A DNA stretch of 64,000 nucleotides from Bilabrum cf. latius (Eukaryota), in the NCBI GenBank assembly GCA_965178125.1, contig OZ237740.1, positions 310,001 to 374,000 on the forward strand. Direction: 5' to 3'. The notes below the pieces were generated by a model, which saw only the letters and a list, made by a program, of their open reading frames with translations, searched no databases and was not told where the DNA came from. A program made the position numbers and the translations under genes. Each line of letters starts with the position of its first letter. The first letter of the stretch is position 1. Shown in pieces: positions 36,890 to 48,742 of this stretch.

Positions 36890-37423
36890 TTATGAACTTT
36901 CACCGGGAAGAACCATCCAATTACATTCAAAAGAATTTGATACACAATTAGCGGTTAAATGAACGGTGATAACACCAAGTCCACAAGTAGCGTGTGAGAA
37001 TTCAGTATCAACCTCATTTGCTGGTTTAGTAGTGGTAACATGTATTTCGTCATCTTCGGTTACCCCTGCTACTGCTATTTGTTTTTCACTACCACCATCT
37101 GACCATTCCATTTTACCTTTAGCTTTGATTGAATTGGTGGCTACTACTTCACCTTTTACGGTTATATCACATTCGTGTCCATCTTCATCAAAATTCATAA
37201 CTAAACCAGCAGATGCGGTATTGGCACCGAATCGTAAAGCTTGACCCGAAGTGATGTAAGAAGTACCCTTACTATCAAGATGTAATCCTGCGTTGCTAAC
37301 AACTACATCACTACTATTCACAACAGCATTTACATATAGACCACTACTATCTAATCTACCAGTTGCGACATTCTTACATTGAATAGATATATCATTAGGT
37401 TGCGATAATCTTGCTAAGCTCAT
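36890..37423 (-). CDS. Hypothetical beta-rich protein (possible virion fibre/decoration), 177 aa
   Basis: Uninterrupted ORF with TATATA upstream; function inferred from composition only. Confidence 0.7.
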   Translation of the reverse strand: MSLARLSQPNDISIQCKNVATGRLDSSGLYVNAVVNSSDVVVSNAGLHLDSKGTSYITSGQALRFGANTASAGLVMNFDEDGHECDITVKGEVVATNSIKAKGKMEWSDGGSEKQIAVAGVTEDDEIHVTTTKPANEVDTEFSHATCGLGVITVHLTANCVSNSFECNWMVLPGESS

Positions 37424-37476
37424 TTTTTGTATATATAAATAAGAGAAAAACTAAAACTTATATCAAACCTATAATA

Positions 37477-38184
37477 TTAAACTTTCATTAATTTTTTAGC
37501 TCTATCTACGGCGTCCATAAAGCTATCTTTTAATGTTGGTTCATTCCATAATACAAACCTAGACCAAAAAGCGGGTGATTTATAGTCTTTAAAGTCTTCA
37601 TTTATTGAATGTCTTTTAATATAATTTTTCTTTTTACGGTTTGCTTCCTTCTCTCCATCTTTATTATAATATTGTATAAAGTCCATATAAGGGGTACCAT
37701 CATTCTTAATTCCACCAAAATGAACAGTAAACAGAATATTATTACCTTGAACTACTTTAATCATATATTTTTTATTTGATTTAGTTGATTTATATAAATT
37801 AAAAACTGGTTTAGGTCTAAATGATTTCACGTGTCCGTTATTAAATTTTTCCTTCATTGCTTCCTCTATTTCTTCCGTGTCTAATTCTCCAAAGGTTAAA
37901 GGGGTATCTTTATTTATTCTTTTAGTGGGTCTATATATATCTCCTTTTTCCTAATATCCCTTTTCTCCCTTCTAATTCTTCCAATCCTCTAATTTCCATC
38001 GTCTTAAATTTTTCTATGCTTCATTTAATTTAATTTTATCATATGCTCCCCCTAGTTGTTTATATTTTTTTAGATAGGCTAATGAACGATAAGCTGACGG
38101 TTTTTTATACGTTCTATTTACTTCTTGGATTGCTTTTTTGTAAATTTTAGGATTATTAATATAACTAGGTATATTATCATTCAT
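37477..38184 (-). CDS. 235-aa fusion of two small giant-virus/virophage-type domains (DUF5872-like + DUF5754-like)
   Basis: KPSAYRS..KYKQLGGAY..LRRW..EDW..RPTKRI..TPLT followed by KKYM..VHFG..YMDF..YIKRH..SPAFWSRFVLW; joined through TAG. Confidence 0.7.
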
Positions 38185-38378
38185 TTGTATAATTAATAAA
38201 ATGATAATTTTTTAATAGCGTGAGCCGTTTTTTTTCTATATTCTTCATAGAGTCTTTTATTATTTGGATTCTTCATTAATTTATTTTTTACCTTCTTTAA
38301 TGCCTTCTTAATAGCATACTAAACAAAGATATTACTAATAATATTAATCATATATTATATAATTAATAAATATTTAAT

Positions 38379-41300
38379 TCAAAGCATTAAACCGCCTTTT
38401 TTTCCTTTCCTTGATATAATTTCTTCTTTTTCATTTACGACCATTAAATCATTCTATCCGTGGATAATTAATTTCTATCCTTCTTCATTTATCTATTCTT
38501 TTTTATATTCACCTAATTCTTTACCTACTTTAAAATTTAATCTTTTGTTAAATGTGATACTGTCGGTGTGAATTCGTATAATATGTTTAGCGTTGTTCTT
38601 ATTCACTTTCTTCATCAATCGTTGTCTTCCATATGCCAGAATAAAAGGCTTCAATTTTCCCCAGCTATATTTAAAGGGTACTTTATGTTTCAAATGATAA
38701 ATAAATTCTCCGTCATTATCCATTTCTACACGGTCAATATCAAATTTATCTATATTTATTTTTTTATCGTCTTTTGATGTAATTGTCTTTTTAGAGGAAC
38801 TACATAATTTACCCCATAATGAATTTAATATTTCTTTTGCTAGATATGATTTACTTTTTAATTTGTAGAACATTGAGACATAGGATTTAAAAAGTGTTTC
38901 ACTTTTGATATATTTATCATAGGTCATAAAATTAAATTCATCGCTTGACATCTCTATCTCACAACCATATTTAACAAACATATTCGATACCTAACGCGAA
39001 GCGTTCGACTCTGATGCGACACTGTGATCAGGGTCTCTTGCATGTTCCGCTGAGCGGTTGCGCGGCGCCACCGACCACTCATCGGAGTTTCCTGCTTGTC
39101 CAGAGTTGTCTCGACACTGAGGGAGACAGGTCGGTCCACGAGCTTTGCTTGTTGTTACATGCCGCGGCACCTGCAGCTGATGCTCAGGTTGCCGCTGGCA
39201 AGATGGAGCAGCCCGCTGCTGCGGAGCTGCATGCCGCGGCACCTGCAGCTGATGCTCAGGTTGCCGCTGGCAAGATGGAGCAGCCCGCTGCTGCGGAGCT
39301 GCACGCCGCGGCACCTGCAGCTGATGCTCAGGTTGCCGCTGGCAAGATGGAGCAGCCCGCTGCTGCGGAGCTGCACGCCGCGGCACCTGCAGCTGATGCT
39401 CAGGTTGCCGCTGGCAAGATGGAGCAGCCCGCTGCTGCGGAGCTGCACGCCGCGGCACCTGCAGCTGATGCTCAGGTTGCCGCTGGCAAGATGGAGCAGC
39501 CCGCTGCTGCGGAGCTGCACGCCGCGGCACCTGCAGCTGATGCTCAGGTTGCCGCTGGCAAGATGGAGCAGCCCGCTGCTGCGGAGCTGCCCGCCGCGGC
39601 ACCTGCAGCTGATGCTCAGGTTGCCGCTGGTAGTAGCACGGACGCTGCTTCATTTGTCTTGACGAGTTGCAAATGGGATGCGTACCGTAGGCGGCACCCA
39701 ACCGGTAACAGTTGGCGGACTCAGCATGCCCGCTCGTTGCTCAAGCTCTGTCCCGGAGCACGCCATTGCAATGTTGTGCCTGTCACCGCATACTGCCCGC
39801 GCCTACGACGCAGCATAGTGACTTCCAGGCCACTTGGAATCGCATCGCGCGCCCACCACGACTCCTTGCCTCCTGGCCCGACACCTGAGGCACGAACTGC
39901 TGATGCCTAGGTTGCCGCTGGCAAGCTGGCGCAGCCCACCGTTGCGGAGCTGCACGCCGTGGCACCTGCAGCTGATGCTCAGGTTGCCGCTGGCAAGATG
40001 GAGCAGCCCGCTGATGCGGAGCTGCACGCCGCGGCACCTGCAGCTGATGCTCAGGTTGCCGCTGGCAAGATGGAGCAGCCCGCTGCTGCGGAGCTGCCCG
40101 CCGCGGCACCTGCAGCTGATGCTCAGGTTGCCGCTGGCAAGATGGAGCAGCCCGCTGCAGTGGAGCTGCACGCCGCGGCACCTGCAGCTGATGCTCAGGT
40201 TGCCGCTGGCAAGATGGAGCAGCCCGCTGCTGCGGAGCTGCACGCCGCGGCACCTGCAGCTGATGCTCAGGTTGCCGCTGGCAAGATGGAGCAGCCCGCT
40301 GCAGCGGATCTGCACGCCGCGGTACCTGCAGCTGATGCTCAGGTTGCCGCTGGCAAGATGGCGCCGCCCGCGGATGCGGAGCTGCACGCCGCGGCACCTG
40401 CAGCTGATGCTCAGGTTGCCGCTGGCAAGATGGAGCAGCCCGCGGATGCGGAGCTGCACGCCGCGGCACCTGCAGCTGATGCTCAGGTTGCCGCTGGCAC
40501 GATGGAGCAGCCCGCGGATGCGGAGCTGCACGCCGCGGCACCTGCAGCTGATGCTCAGGTTGCCGCTGGCAAGATGGAGCAGCCCGCTGCTGCGGAGCTG
40601 CACGCCGCGGCACCTGCAGCTGATGCTCAGGTTGCCGCTGGCAAGATGGAGCAGCCCGCTGCTGCGGAGCTGCCCGCCGCGGCACCTGCAGCTGCTGCTC
40701 AGGCTGCCGCTGGCACGATGGAGCAGCCTGCTATTGCGGAGCTGCACGCCGCGGCACCTGCAGCTGATGCTCAGGTTGCCGCTAGGTCGAACATGCTATC
40801 AACGGCACTTGCAACCGCACCTTGCAGGGCCATGCAGATAGGTGCCTCGCATGTTCAAAAACCGAACGTGCTCGTCGACGATAAGGCGTCTTGCTCTGAT
40901 GAGACTGTGTCTGTCGACTGTGACAGTGATGAAGACAGCGATGCATGGTCCCAACCGAGCCGCCTCTCACGTGATGAATCCAACGACATCTGGACGATCC
41001 TTGGACATCATCACCAACACACAAGATTTGGCAGATTTGGCAGATTTTCGCAGCGACTGCGCCGTTCCACCAAGCGTCGGACGGCCTTGTCACTGCCATG
41101 TCTGTTGACTTGCCAAACCTTGACTGAAAGAGACATCCAACTGACACTGAATAGCATCAGATACCTAACGCGAAGCGTTCGACTCTGATGCGACACTGTG
41201 ATCAGGGTCTCTTGCATGTTCCGCTGAGCGGTTGCGCGGCGCCACCGACCACTCATCGGAGTTTCCTGCTTGTCCAGAGTTGTCTCGACACTGAGGGAGA

Positions 41301-42363
41301 CAGGTCGGTCCACGAGCTTTGCTTGTTGTTACCCACCCACCACTCCCTGGGCAGATTTTCGCAGCGACTGCGCCGTTCCACCAAGCGTCGGACGGCCTTG
41401 TCACTGCCATGTCTGTTGACTTGCCAAACCTTGACTGAAAGAGACATCCAACTGACACTGAATAGCATCAATATCAGTAAAGACATAATAAGTAAATTCA
41501 TTTTCAAATACCTTCATCATTTGAAAGATATTCGGGTCGCATTTTCCACGGCTTACCTTACATTTATAAATCCCTATTTCGTTTTTATTATTTATCTATT
41601 TATTATCAATTGTTTTATAAATAGGATTTCCATATGGTAGTAGTGAATTAGATGACATAATAGAAGGATAATGACTATTTATATCGTAGGTGATAAACTC
41701 CTCATATTGTCCCTTCTTGTGATATTGAATCCCGCCACGCGTTGAACCTTCAATAAATACCGCTTCCTCTGGGGTTATATCTGGTGGGCTATCTATCATC
41801 ATATTAAACATTGTAAAGAAATGAAGGGCTGTTTGTCTGATTCCATATTTCATTACATCTAATGATGGGTTCTCGTCGTGTAATTCATCACTTGCTATAC
41901 TCAGCCTTAAGCTCCATTCTTTGATATCTTCATCCTCTGGGCATTCGTGAATGGTGTAATGAAGATAATATTTCTTTGAATGATAATCGGTTAGGCTCTC
42001 AACTCTATATTTATCTTTTTCAATTATTTCGGCTTTATCGGTTAATTTAACAACCATAGATTTATGGCACCGCACAAATAAAGGTTTCATCCTCTAGACG
42101 GCTTTAAATGAACCATCTTTATATTCTAAACAAACCCTTTTAAAACTCTTTTTTTTCCTACTTAGATAATAGACCTTTATATCGTCTTTCTCTCTAATCT
42201 CTATATCCATTCTTATACCTGAAACAAGTTTATAAAGGTTCTTTGTAGTTATGGGCTTACCGTTAAATACCTTTTCTAGATACTTCACGGATTGAATGGG
42301 GTTATCATACTTTTTACCAAAGCATATATTTAATTGATTTAACACATTTTCATAATTTATCAT
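38379..42363 (-). CDS. polB: Family B DNA polymerase (pPolB-related, ~499 aa when rejoined), split by SDR3 (segments 41471-42363 and 38379-38985)
   Basis: TRGGI, motif A YDINSHYPSIM, motif B KEILNSLWGKL, motif C IHTDSI, ELGEYKKE; removing 38986-41470 restores FTD-M-NMFVKYG in frame. Confidence 0.88.
38986..41470 (+). mobile_element. SDR3: non-autonomous split-direct-repeat element inserted in virophage polB
   Basis: A1 38986-39158; B1 41039-41159 abutting A2 41160-41332; B2 41350-41470; GC-rich island; no TSD. Confidence 0.92.
39159..40783. repeat. 60-bp minisatellite in two blocks inside SDR3 (Ala-rich 20-aa frame)
   Basis: Unit GCCGCGGCACCTGCAGCTGATGCTCAGGTTGCCGCTGGCAAGATGGAGCAGCCCGCTGCTGCGGAGCTGCAC-like. 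Confidence 0.9.
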
Positions 42364-42440
42364 TTCCTATAGTATATTATATTTAATATATTTTTAAGCC
42401 ATTTTAAACACATATTATAAAGTTTAAATTATAAAATGTA

Positions 42441-42784
42441 ATTATTGTTTCGGAGCAGTGAGGATTAATATAAATCTCTTCACTTGCTCATCACTTAAGA
42501 AGGTATAACGAGAAGAAGGACTGAATAGCATTACATCATCCTTTAATTTAAATACTGACGAAGTTCGCCAGCCTATGGGGTAGAGAGAGCTAACATACGC
42601 ATCATAATTTTTTAAATGGGGCTTTTGTTTTAATAACCTCTAGATATTTTTTTTTTAATAAAGTCTTCATTTCTAAATCATTATATCCATCATCTGGACG
42701 AGGAGGGAACACAAAATTATATACGGGCTTATTGTTTTTAATAAGTTGAGTTCTAACAATTTGAATATCACGTAATTTAACCAT
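42441..42784 (-). CDS. Hypothetical protein with a probable homopolymer frameshift
   Basis: After the A10 run (42647-42656) a shifted frame continues ...LKNYDAYVSSLYPIGWRTSS...TAPKQ to TAA. Confidence 0.45.
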
Positions 42785-42829
42785 TTTTATATATATACTA
42801 TAGATATTTTATTTTTAAGCCAAATAGAC

Positions 42830-42850
42830 GCGTTTAAAATGACTTAAAGA
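42830..42850 (+). promoter_or_regulatory. Putative virophage 1 promoter motif GTTTAAAATGACTTAAA
   Basis: Variants lie ~25-45 nt upstream of ATGs at 33696, 36532, 42877 (+) and 42363, 44293, 44819 (-). Confidence 0.65.
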
Positions 42851-42876
42851 TTTTATTTTATTATAATATATATAGA

Positions 42877-43419
42877 ATGTCAAAATTTGAGAGTTATGAA
42901 CCAAGCGAATTAATGGAACTTTTAGAAGAGGGAGCCGTAAAGAAAGCCAAGAAATATATTAATCAATTCTTCTTTAAAACTTTTAAAGGGATATTTTTTA
43001 ATAATACCGTAGAAGATAAATTTGAACTGGTGGATGAAGACGAATTAAATGGTTTGTATCTAACCCCTGATATGAAGACCGACAGCGCCAAAAATCCATT
43101 TGTTCCATACATTTATATGTTTTCCAGTGAGCCCCCGATTTATTATACAGGAAATTTTGAGAGTAAAGACCCCATAATGACAATTAAAAAGAAGGACAAA
43201 CCCATCAAATATATTAATTTGTCATACGGTCAATTTATACCCGAGGAAGTAGAGGAACCAGAAGAAGAAGAACCAATAAGACCCAAGAAAAAGACTAAGA
43301 AGAGGAACAAGAAGAAAAAAGAACGTGATAATAATAGAAATGTTGAGAAACCAGATGATGAAGATGATGATGAAGAAGCCTTTAGAGACCAACTAAACGA
43401 GGCATTAAAAGATTTCTAA
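42877..43419 (+). CDS. Hypothetical protein with charged C-terminal tail, 180 aa
   Basis: Uninterrupted ORF with upstream motif; TAA stop. Confidence 0.75.
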   Translation: MSKFESYEPSELMELLEEGAVKKAKKYINQFFFKTFKGIFFNNTVEDKFELVDEDELNGLYLTPDMKTDSAKNPFVPYIYMFSSEPPIYYTGNFESKDPIMTIKKKDKPIKYINLSYGQFIPEEVEEPEEEEPIRPKKKTKKRNKKKKERDNNRNVEKPDDEDDDEEAFRDQLNEALKDF

Positions 43420-43784
43420 ATAATTTAATATTTATACTAATATTAAATATGATATCTTTATTAATAGTTGAACACCTTGACCATCTAATAAAAGGGCTAG
43501 AATATTAAAATATATATGGTTATCTCTATAATAAAATCCATACGATGGCTATATCCACAAATTGCGTATTAGTATATGTATTATTTAGCAAAACGTGGAT
43601 GGATTAGTTTTATGAAGATGATTTGATTGATAACGTATTTCTAGCCCAAAAGTTCCTTCACTTTAGAAGGTTGTAATATAGCCCCTTCTAACTCCCATCA
43701 TCAATATGTTAAATATTAATTTTATCATTAATATCTAATTATTATTTACCAATATGACATTTATAACAAATTGAATATTTCATA

Positions 43785-44293
43785 TCTTTAATTCTAGACA
43801 CTCCGCATTTTTTACACGCCTTTTTTCCATATTTTGTAATCGTATAACAAGACTTACAGGTTGTCCTCCAATCACTTCTAAGCATTTTACAAAGACACAC
43901 ATCACATCTTTTTTCATTCCTCTTTTTTTCCTCTAACTTTTTCTATTTCTTTTCTAACTCAATATGTCTTATTCCTTCACAGTGCTTATTATATCGGTCT
44001 CTTGCGACATCCTTTTTACATATTCCACACCACTAATATAAACATTTTTTACGAATTTGATTTTCTTTATCCTTTATCATCTACTTTATACAACTAGAAC
44101 CCACTTTAAAAACATATCCACTAGGGGTATGCTCTATTTCGTGCTCGGTTCGTATCTCGTGCCCACAAATACAATTACCCAATTTATCACCTTGAATAAC
44201 GGTTGAGCCAATATGAATTAATTTCTTCTAAATGTCTATCCATTTTATATTACCGGTATGTTCCTATATTTGTTCAATACACTTTTTACACAT
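43785..44293 (-). CDS. Putative zinc-ribbon protein (3' end uncertain)
   Basis: CICGHEI...GYVFKVGSSCIK motif read through TAG; upstream promoter-like motif. Confidence 0.5.
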
Positions 44294-44906
44294 TCTCTAT
44301 ATAATATCTATATTATATAATCTTTAAGTCATTTTAAACGCGTTTTATTATAAAAAGGGGGCTTAAAAATAGACACTATAGATATAGATGATTATAATAA
44401 TTAATATTATTAGAATATTAATTAATTAGACCGGTTAAATAGCTCTTTGGAAAGTATGAACCAACTTCGGAAAGTATCATTCACAGGTCATATATTTATT
44501 TAATATGTATAAATAAATAATAAAATGATTATCTTGCCTTATATAATTGAATGGGTTTCTTTTCTAATAGACAAACAGCCAAATAATGAAGTACAATGTC
44601 ATCATCTCTATACTTATTCCTCGTCTATATAATACATTTATAGGTTGAATATTTGAGATATAATAACTCCTCTCTACTGTCTTTTTTTAATTGATTGGTG
44701 ATTTCTTTTACCTAATCACTGTTTGTAAAAATTACGGTCAAAACTCCATCAATTTCTGTCTGGATATAGACATCGTGTGTAGGCGGTAGATTCTCAATAA
44801 TTTTATTTAACTTTTCCATTTGATATATATTAGTTAGTTAATATATATTTAAGTCATTTTAAACGCAGTTCTATCGCTTAAAGGATTATTTAATTGATTG
44901 AATTGC

Positions 44907-46796
44907 TTAGCTTGTTGAGAGCAGGGCCTCGAGATCGTCTGTTTTCATTGCCGCACCTCCACGCATCGTAAGTTTTCCACCAAGTTTATTCAATTCTCCT
45001 CCACTATTTCCATATCCATAATGTGCCGCCGCTTTGCCAATAGCGCTATTGTCTCCTGTTAGACTTTTGAGTGGTCCTATATTCCTAATGGTTTTCGCTA
45101 GGTTTTTAGCCTAATCACTTTTTGACCAATCTTTAACCTGATTCCATCCGTGTTTAAAGGCTCGTCCAATCTTAGACCAGAAACGACCTTTTCCACCCAT
45201 AACATTAGCATAATTATCTAAATCCTCAAATACAGGCTAGAAACCTTTAGAACCACTTTCAGCATCACCACGTTTAGCAAGTTCAGAAAGCACTTTAGAA
45301 GGCTCAATAAGGGCGCCAGCCTCAGTATAGACACCGTTATCATTCACAAGAACATTATCATAAAACATCCATACTTTTATCTCGTATTTATCCTCATACG
45401 CACCATCCGCATATTTATTATAAGGGTTGAAGCACTAAAGATTAACTTTAAGATTAAATCCAGTATTTACATTAGATTGAACACCAGCAAGTGTAGCAAC
45501 ATCTGAAGGTTTTAAAATCATATAGCAACCAGTTCCGCGGTTTCCATCACTTCCATCAATTGATGAACCATAAAAGGATGAAGGAGGAAGAGCATATCCG
45601 TTCTTTCTACTAATTCTATATAATTCGTGTGGATTATCTACAGCCCCTAATTCCTCAGCGCTTCCATTGAGTGAGAAACCTATTCTTCTAATTGGTAAAG
45701 TTCTATTAGCCCAGTTAGGGTTATCATCACAACCAACAAGGCGGGCACATACCATAATAGCACTAGGGATACCATTCTCACGGGATAATTGATAATCAAA
45801 AGAAGTTAAAGAATTTTCAGTTGCGGATTTAGGTACAGGGACAGGCGCCTAAGACTAAAATTTAATTGTAGGCATATTATACATACAACGAGTCGGGGGG
45901 GCGTATCCACTCTAAAATTCAACTTCATCAACAATAAGGGTCGTATTTGTTTCTCCTATAATTGACTAACCCGTTATTTTATTAATATCTCCGTTATCTT
46001 TTGTAAAACTAGCCTTACACAGTCTTTGAATGGCATTTACGTGATAATCTAAATCAACTTGAAGGCTTCTCACACCGGTGAAATATTTAGCATTCACATC
46101 AACATCTGCTCCTTTTAGTGGTATAGCTTCTTGAAAATCAATAGTCCAATCAATTTGGTCTCTATTACCCGCAACGAAATCAGCACTTACAGTCGTAAAA
46201 GCATTCCCATATGCTCCACGATAACTAAAGCTATCACCGGCACTATATCCAACATCCTAACCCCAAGCTAAAGGATTTTTAAGGGTATCACTTACTTCAC
46301 GATAATCACCAACAGTGTCAGGGCGTCCAACGGGTGAGATTGTGGATAAGGTTTCTTCACTGTTCATAACTTCAGTAGGTTCAGCCCATTCATAAACTTT
46401 TACTGTAAAAGGCTATCCATTAATTGTTAAAACACCACCTTGAAGCATTTTAAAGGTAGGTAATGAATTAGTTCCAAACCTAGATTTAAGATAAGATTGA
46501 GCGGTAATAGCATCACCTCCCGCAGTTTGAGCTGGTACTGCTTGCTCTAGTTGTAGCCTAACTGTCATACGATGACGAAGACGAATAAACCTTGATACGG
46601 TTTTACTAGTAGGATTAACGGGGAAAGAAAGGGGAAGAAGAGAATTAGATTGATTAGATGATGGTCTAATTTCTCGGCGGGTATATTTTTGAACACCTAG
46701 TTCTGTTCCTAAACTAGCATCTTCAGGGGTTATCATTTGAAGGCTTTTAGGAGCCTTAATGCTTACTGGTAAATTCTGAACCATTTGTTGAGCCAT
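44907..46796 (-). CDS. Virophage major capsid protein, 629 aa
   Basis: Single frame through TAGs; virophage-MCP size; ELYRISRKNG motif and Gly-rich C-terminal GGKLTMRGGAAM; directly downstream of penton. Confidence 0.85.
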
Positions 46797-46868
46797 TTTT
46801 TTTATATATACACTATAGCTATAAATTTTTTAATATCTAAACATATTTTATAATCTTCTATAATTAAT

Positions 46869-47822
46869 TTAAAAATCTAAACTTAAATTATCGGTTTGTT
46901 TTTTAAATACTTGTTTAATGTGAGCTTCACCCCCGTTAAAATTCATTACGGGATACTTTTCATTTTGTTTATCAACCCAGTAGAACGCCATTGACACGCT
47001 CTTAAAGCTTCTATCCTTCATCATTGAATACCAGCGGTAAGGATTAGAAACATATAATATATTTTCTATTGGTGAGCTGTCATTAGGATTATACGGGTAG
47101 CTGGTTAATATAGGGGATTTATTGACGGCTATAGAGCCACCAGTAGATGATTTTGTGGTCACCAATTCTTTATTCACTGGAATATCACTTTCTACGATAA
47201 TAGATTTAACAGGGCACCAAGAATTTAAATTCGTCTATCTAGCCATAAAAACATAATCACCACTAGCAGGGGAATTATTATATGAAAGTTTAGCAAATAA
47301 ATCACTCGGTGTGGTTGTTATTCCTTCATATTCAAATTTATCAAATAAAGCAAAAGCTTCAAAATTAACAAATAAATAATAATTATCTCTAAAATCTTCA
47401 GTTGTTGATAAACTCCATTTATTATTTTCAAATTTAAAGACTGGTTTATCACCACTTGGAAGGCTTACCAAATCACAAATTCGGCTTAACTCTTCATTAA
47501 ATTCATTTACAATATCCTAATATGAATAATAAAATTTAGCTTTTTTACCTAGAACTATATAATCGCCTGCTCTGGCTCCTGATGTTTTATTCTCAAGAGT
47601 AAATTTTAAATAGGTTTTACCGCTGTCATCCTAATATTCAGGTTTAAACACCGGTAGCATAAATTTATTTAAATCCATCTCTTCAACAGCCGTTAAATAA
47701 TTTTCACTTTGTTTTAATATTAAGCCTTCACGGGTTTCATTTACTACCGCCTATCTCGTCTAATTGTGGGGGACAGATGAACTAACTAAATTCAATCTTA
47801 CAAATTCATCGCTATAACTCAT
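46869..47822 (-). CDS. Minor capsid (penton) protein, 317 aa
   Basis: NETRE..I..ENY..AV..LPVFKP N-terminus; WCPVKSIIVESDIPV; FYWVDK..YP; similar to the virus 2 penton. Confidence 0.82.
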
Positions 47823-48158
47823 TTTATTTATATATTAAAGCTATACAAATAAATATTTATTAATAAACCTTATCTAATATTTCACCTTGATTTTTACCCT
47901 TCACTTTTACCAATATATTTAAAAGTTTGATTGAATTTAGATGGATGAAAAATCGCCCTTCTAAAACGATGGAACTTTTCTAAATAAAAGGGCTTATATC
48001 TTCATTTCACCTTCACAAGAGGGCCTACATCCACGTTTTGCTAGAAAACACTATAATATATACGCAATTTGTGGATATAGCCATCGTATGGATTTTATTT
48101 TAGAGATAATCATATTTTATTATTTTATTCTAGCCCTTTTATTAGAAGGGCGGGGTAT

Positions 48159-48734
48159 TCAATGTAGAAGCAACGCCACTAACTAATCAGGACTAAGAGC
48201 CATAATTTTGGATATTCTAAACATTTCATTTACAAACTAATCATTTGATAAGAAAGAAAAAGCGTTTCTTAATAGAGCCCATCTTCCACACGTAGCGCTG
48301 TTGTTAGCATAACTCTAAATCGGTTTATGATTATAATCAATTTTCCAGCCTTCCATTTTCTAATCAATTAAATACTTTACCAGCGTATTTTCTTCTCCTT
48401 CTCCTTGATACAATTGGTCTCTATTAATAAATGGTTTCTATTGGTCGGGTTTTTCTCCATAGCTATCAAAGAAGTATATTATTTTGCTTGATGGTTTTCT
48501 GGTCAATGAAATGAAATGACCGTATGTGCTATTTAGTCCCGTCTTTTTATTAGGATAATAAATAATTACGCCGTCATAACCATCAAAAATATGTTCAATA
48601 GATGAGGTCTATTTAATAATATCATCGTAAATAACTATTCTAGGTTTGTAATTCAAATGTGCTACACCTAATTTTTGAATTTCTAAAGGAGATAACGGTG
48701 TTTGGACTAGTCTATTTAAGTCGTTTATGTTCAT
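48159..48734 (-). CDS. Virophage maturation cysteine protease (adenain/Ulp1-like), 191 aa; absent from the ORF track
   Basis: GHFISL, FFDSYG..PD, YNHKPI*S....TCGRW with the oxyanion-hole Gln encoded by TAG (48315-48317). Confidence 0.9.
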
Positions 48735-48742
48735 TTATATAT

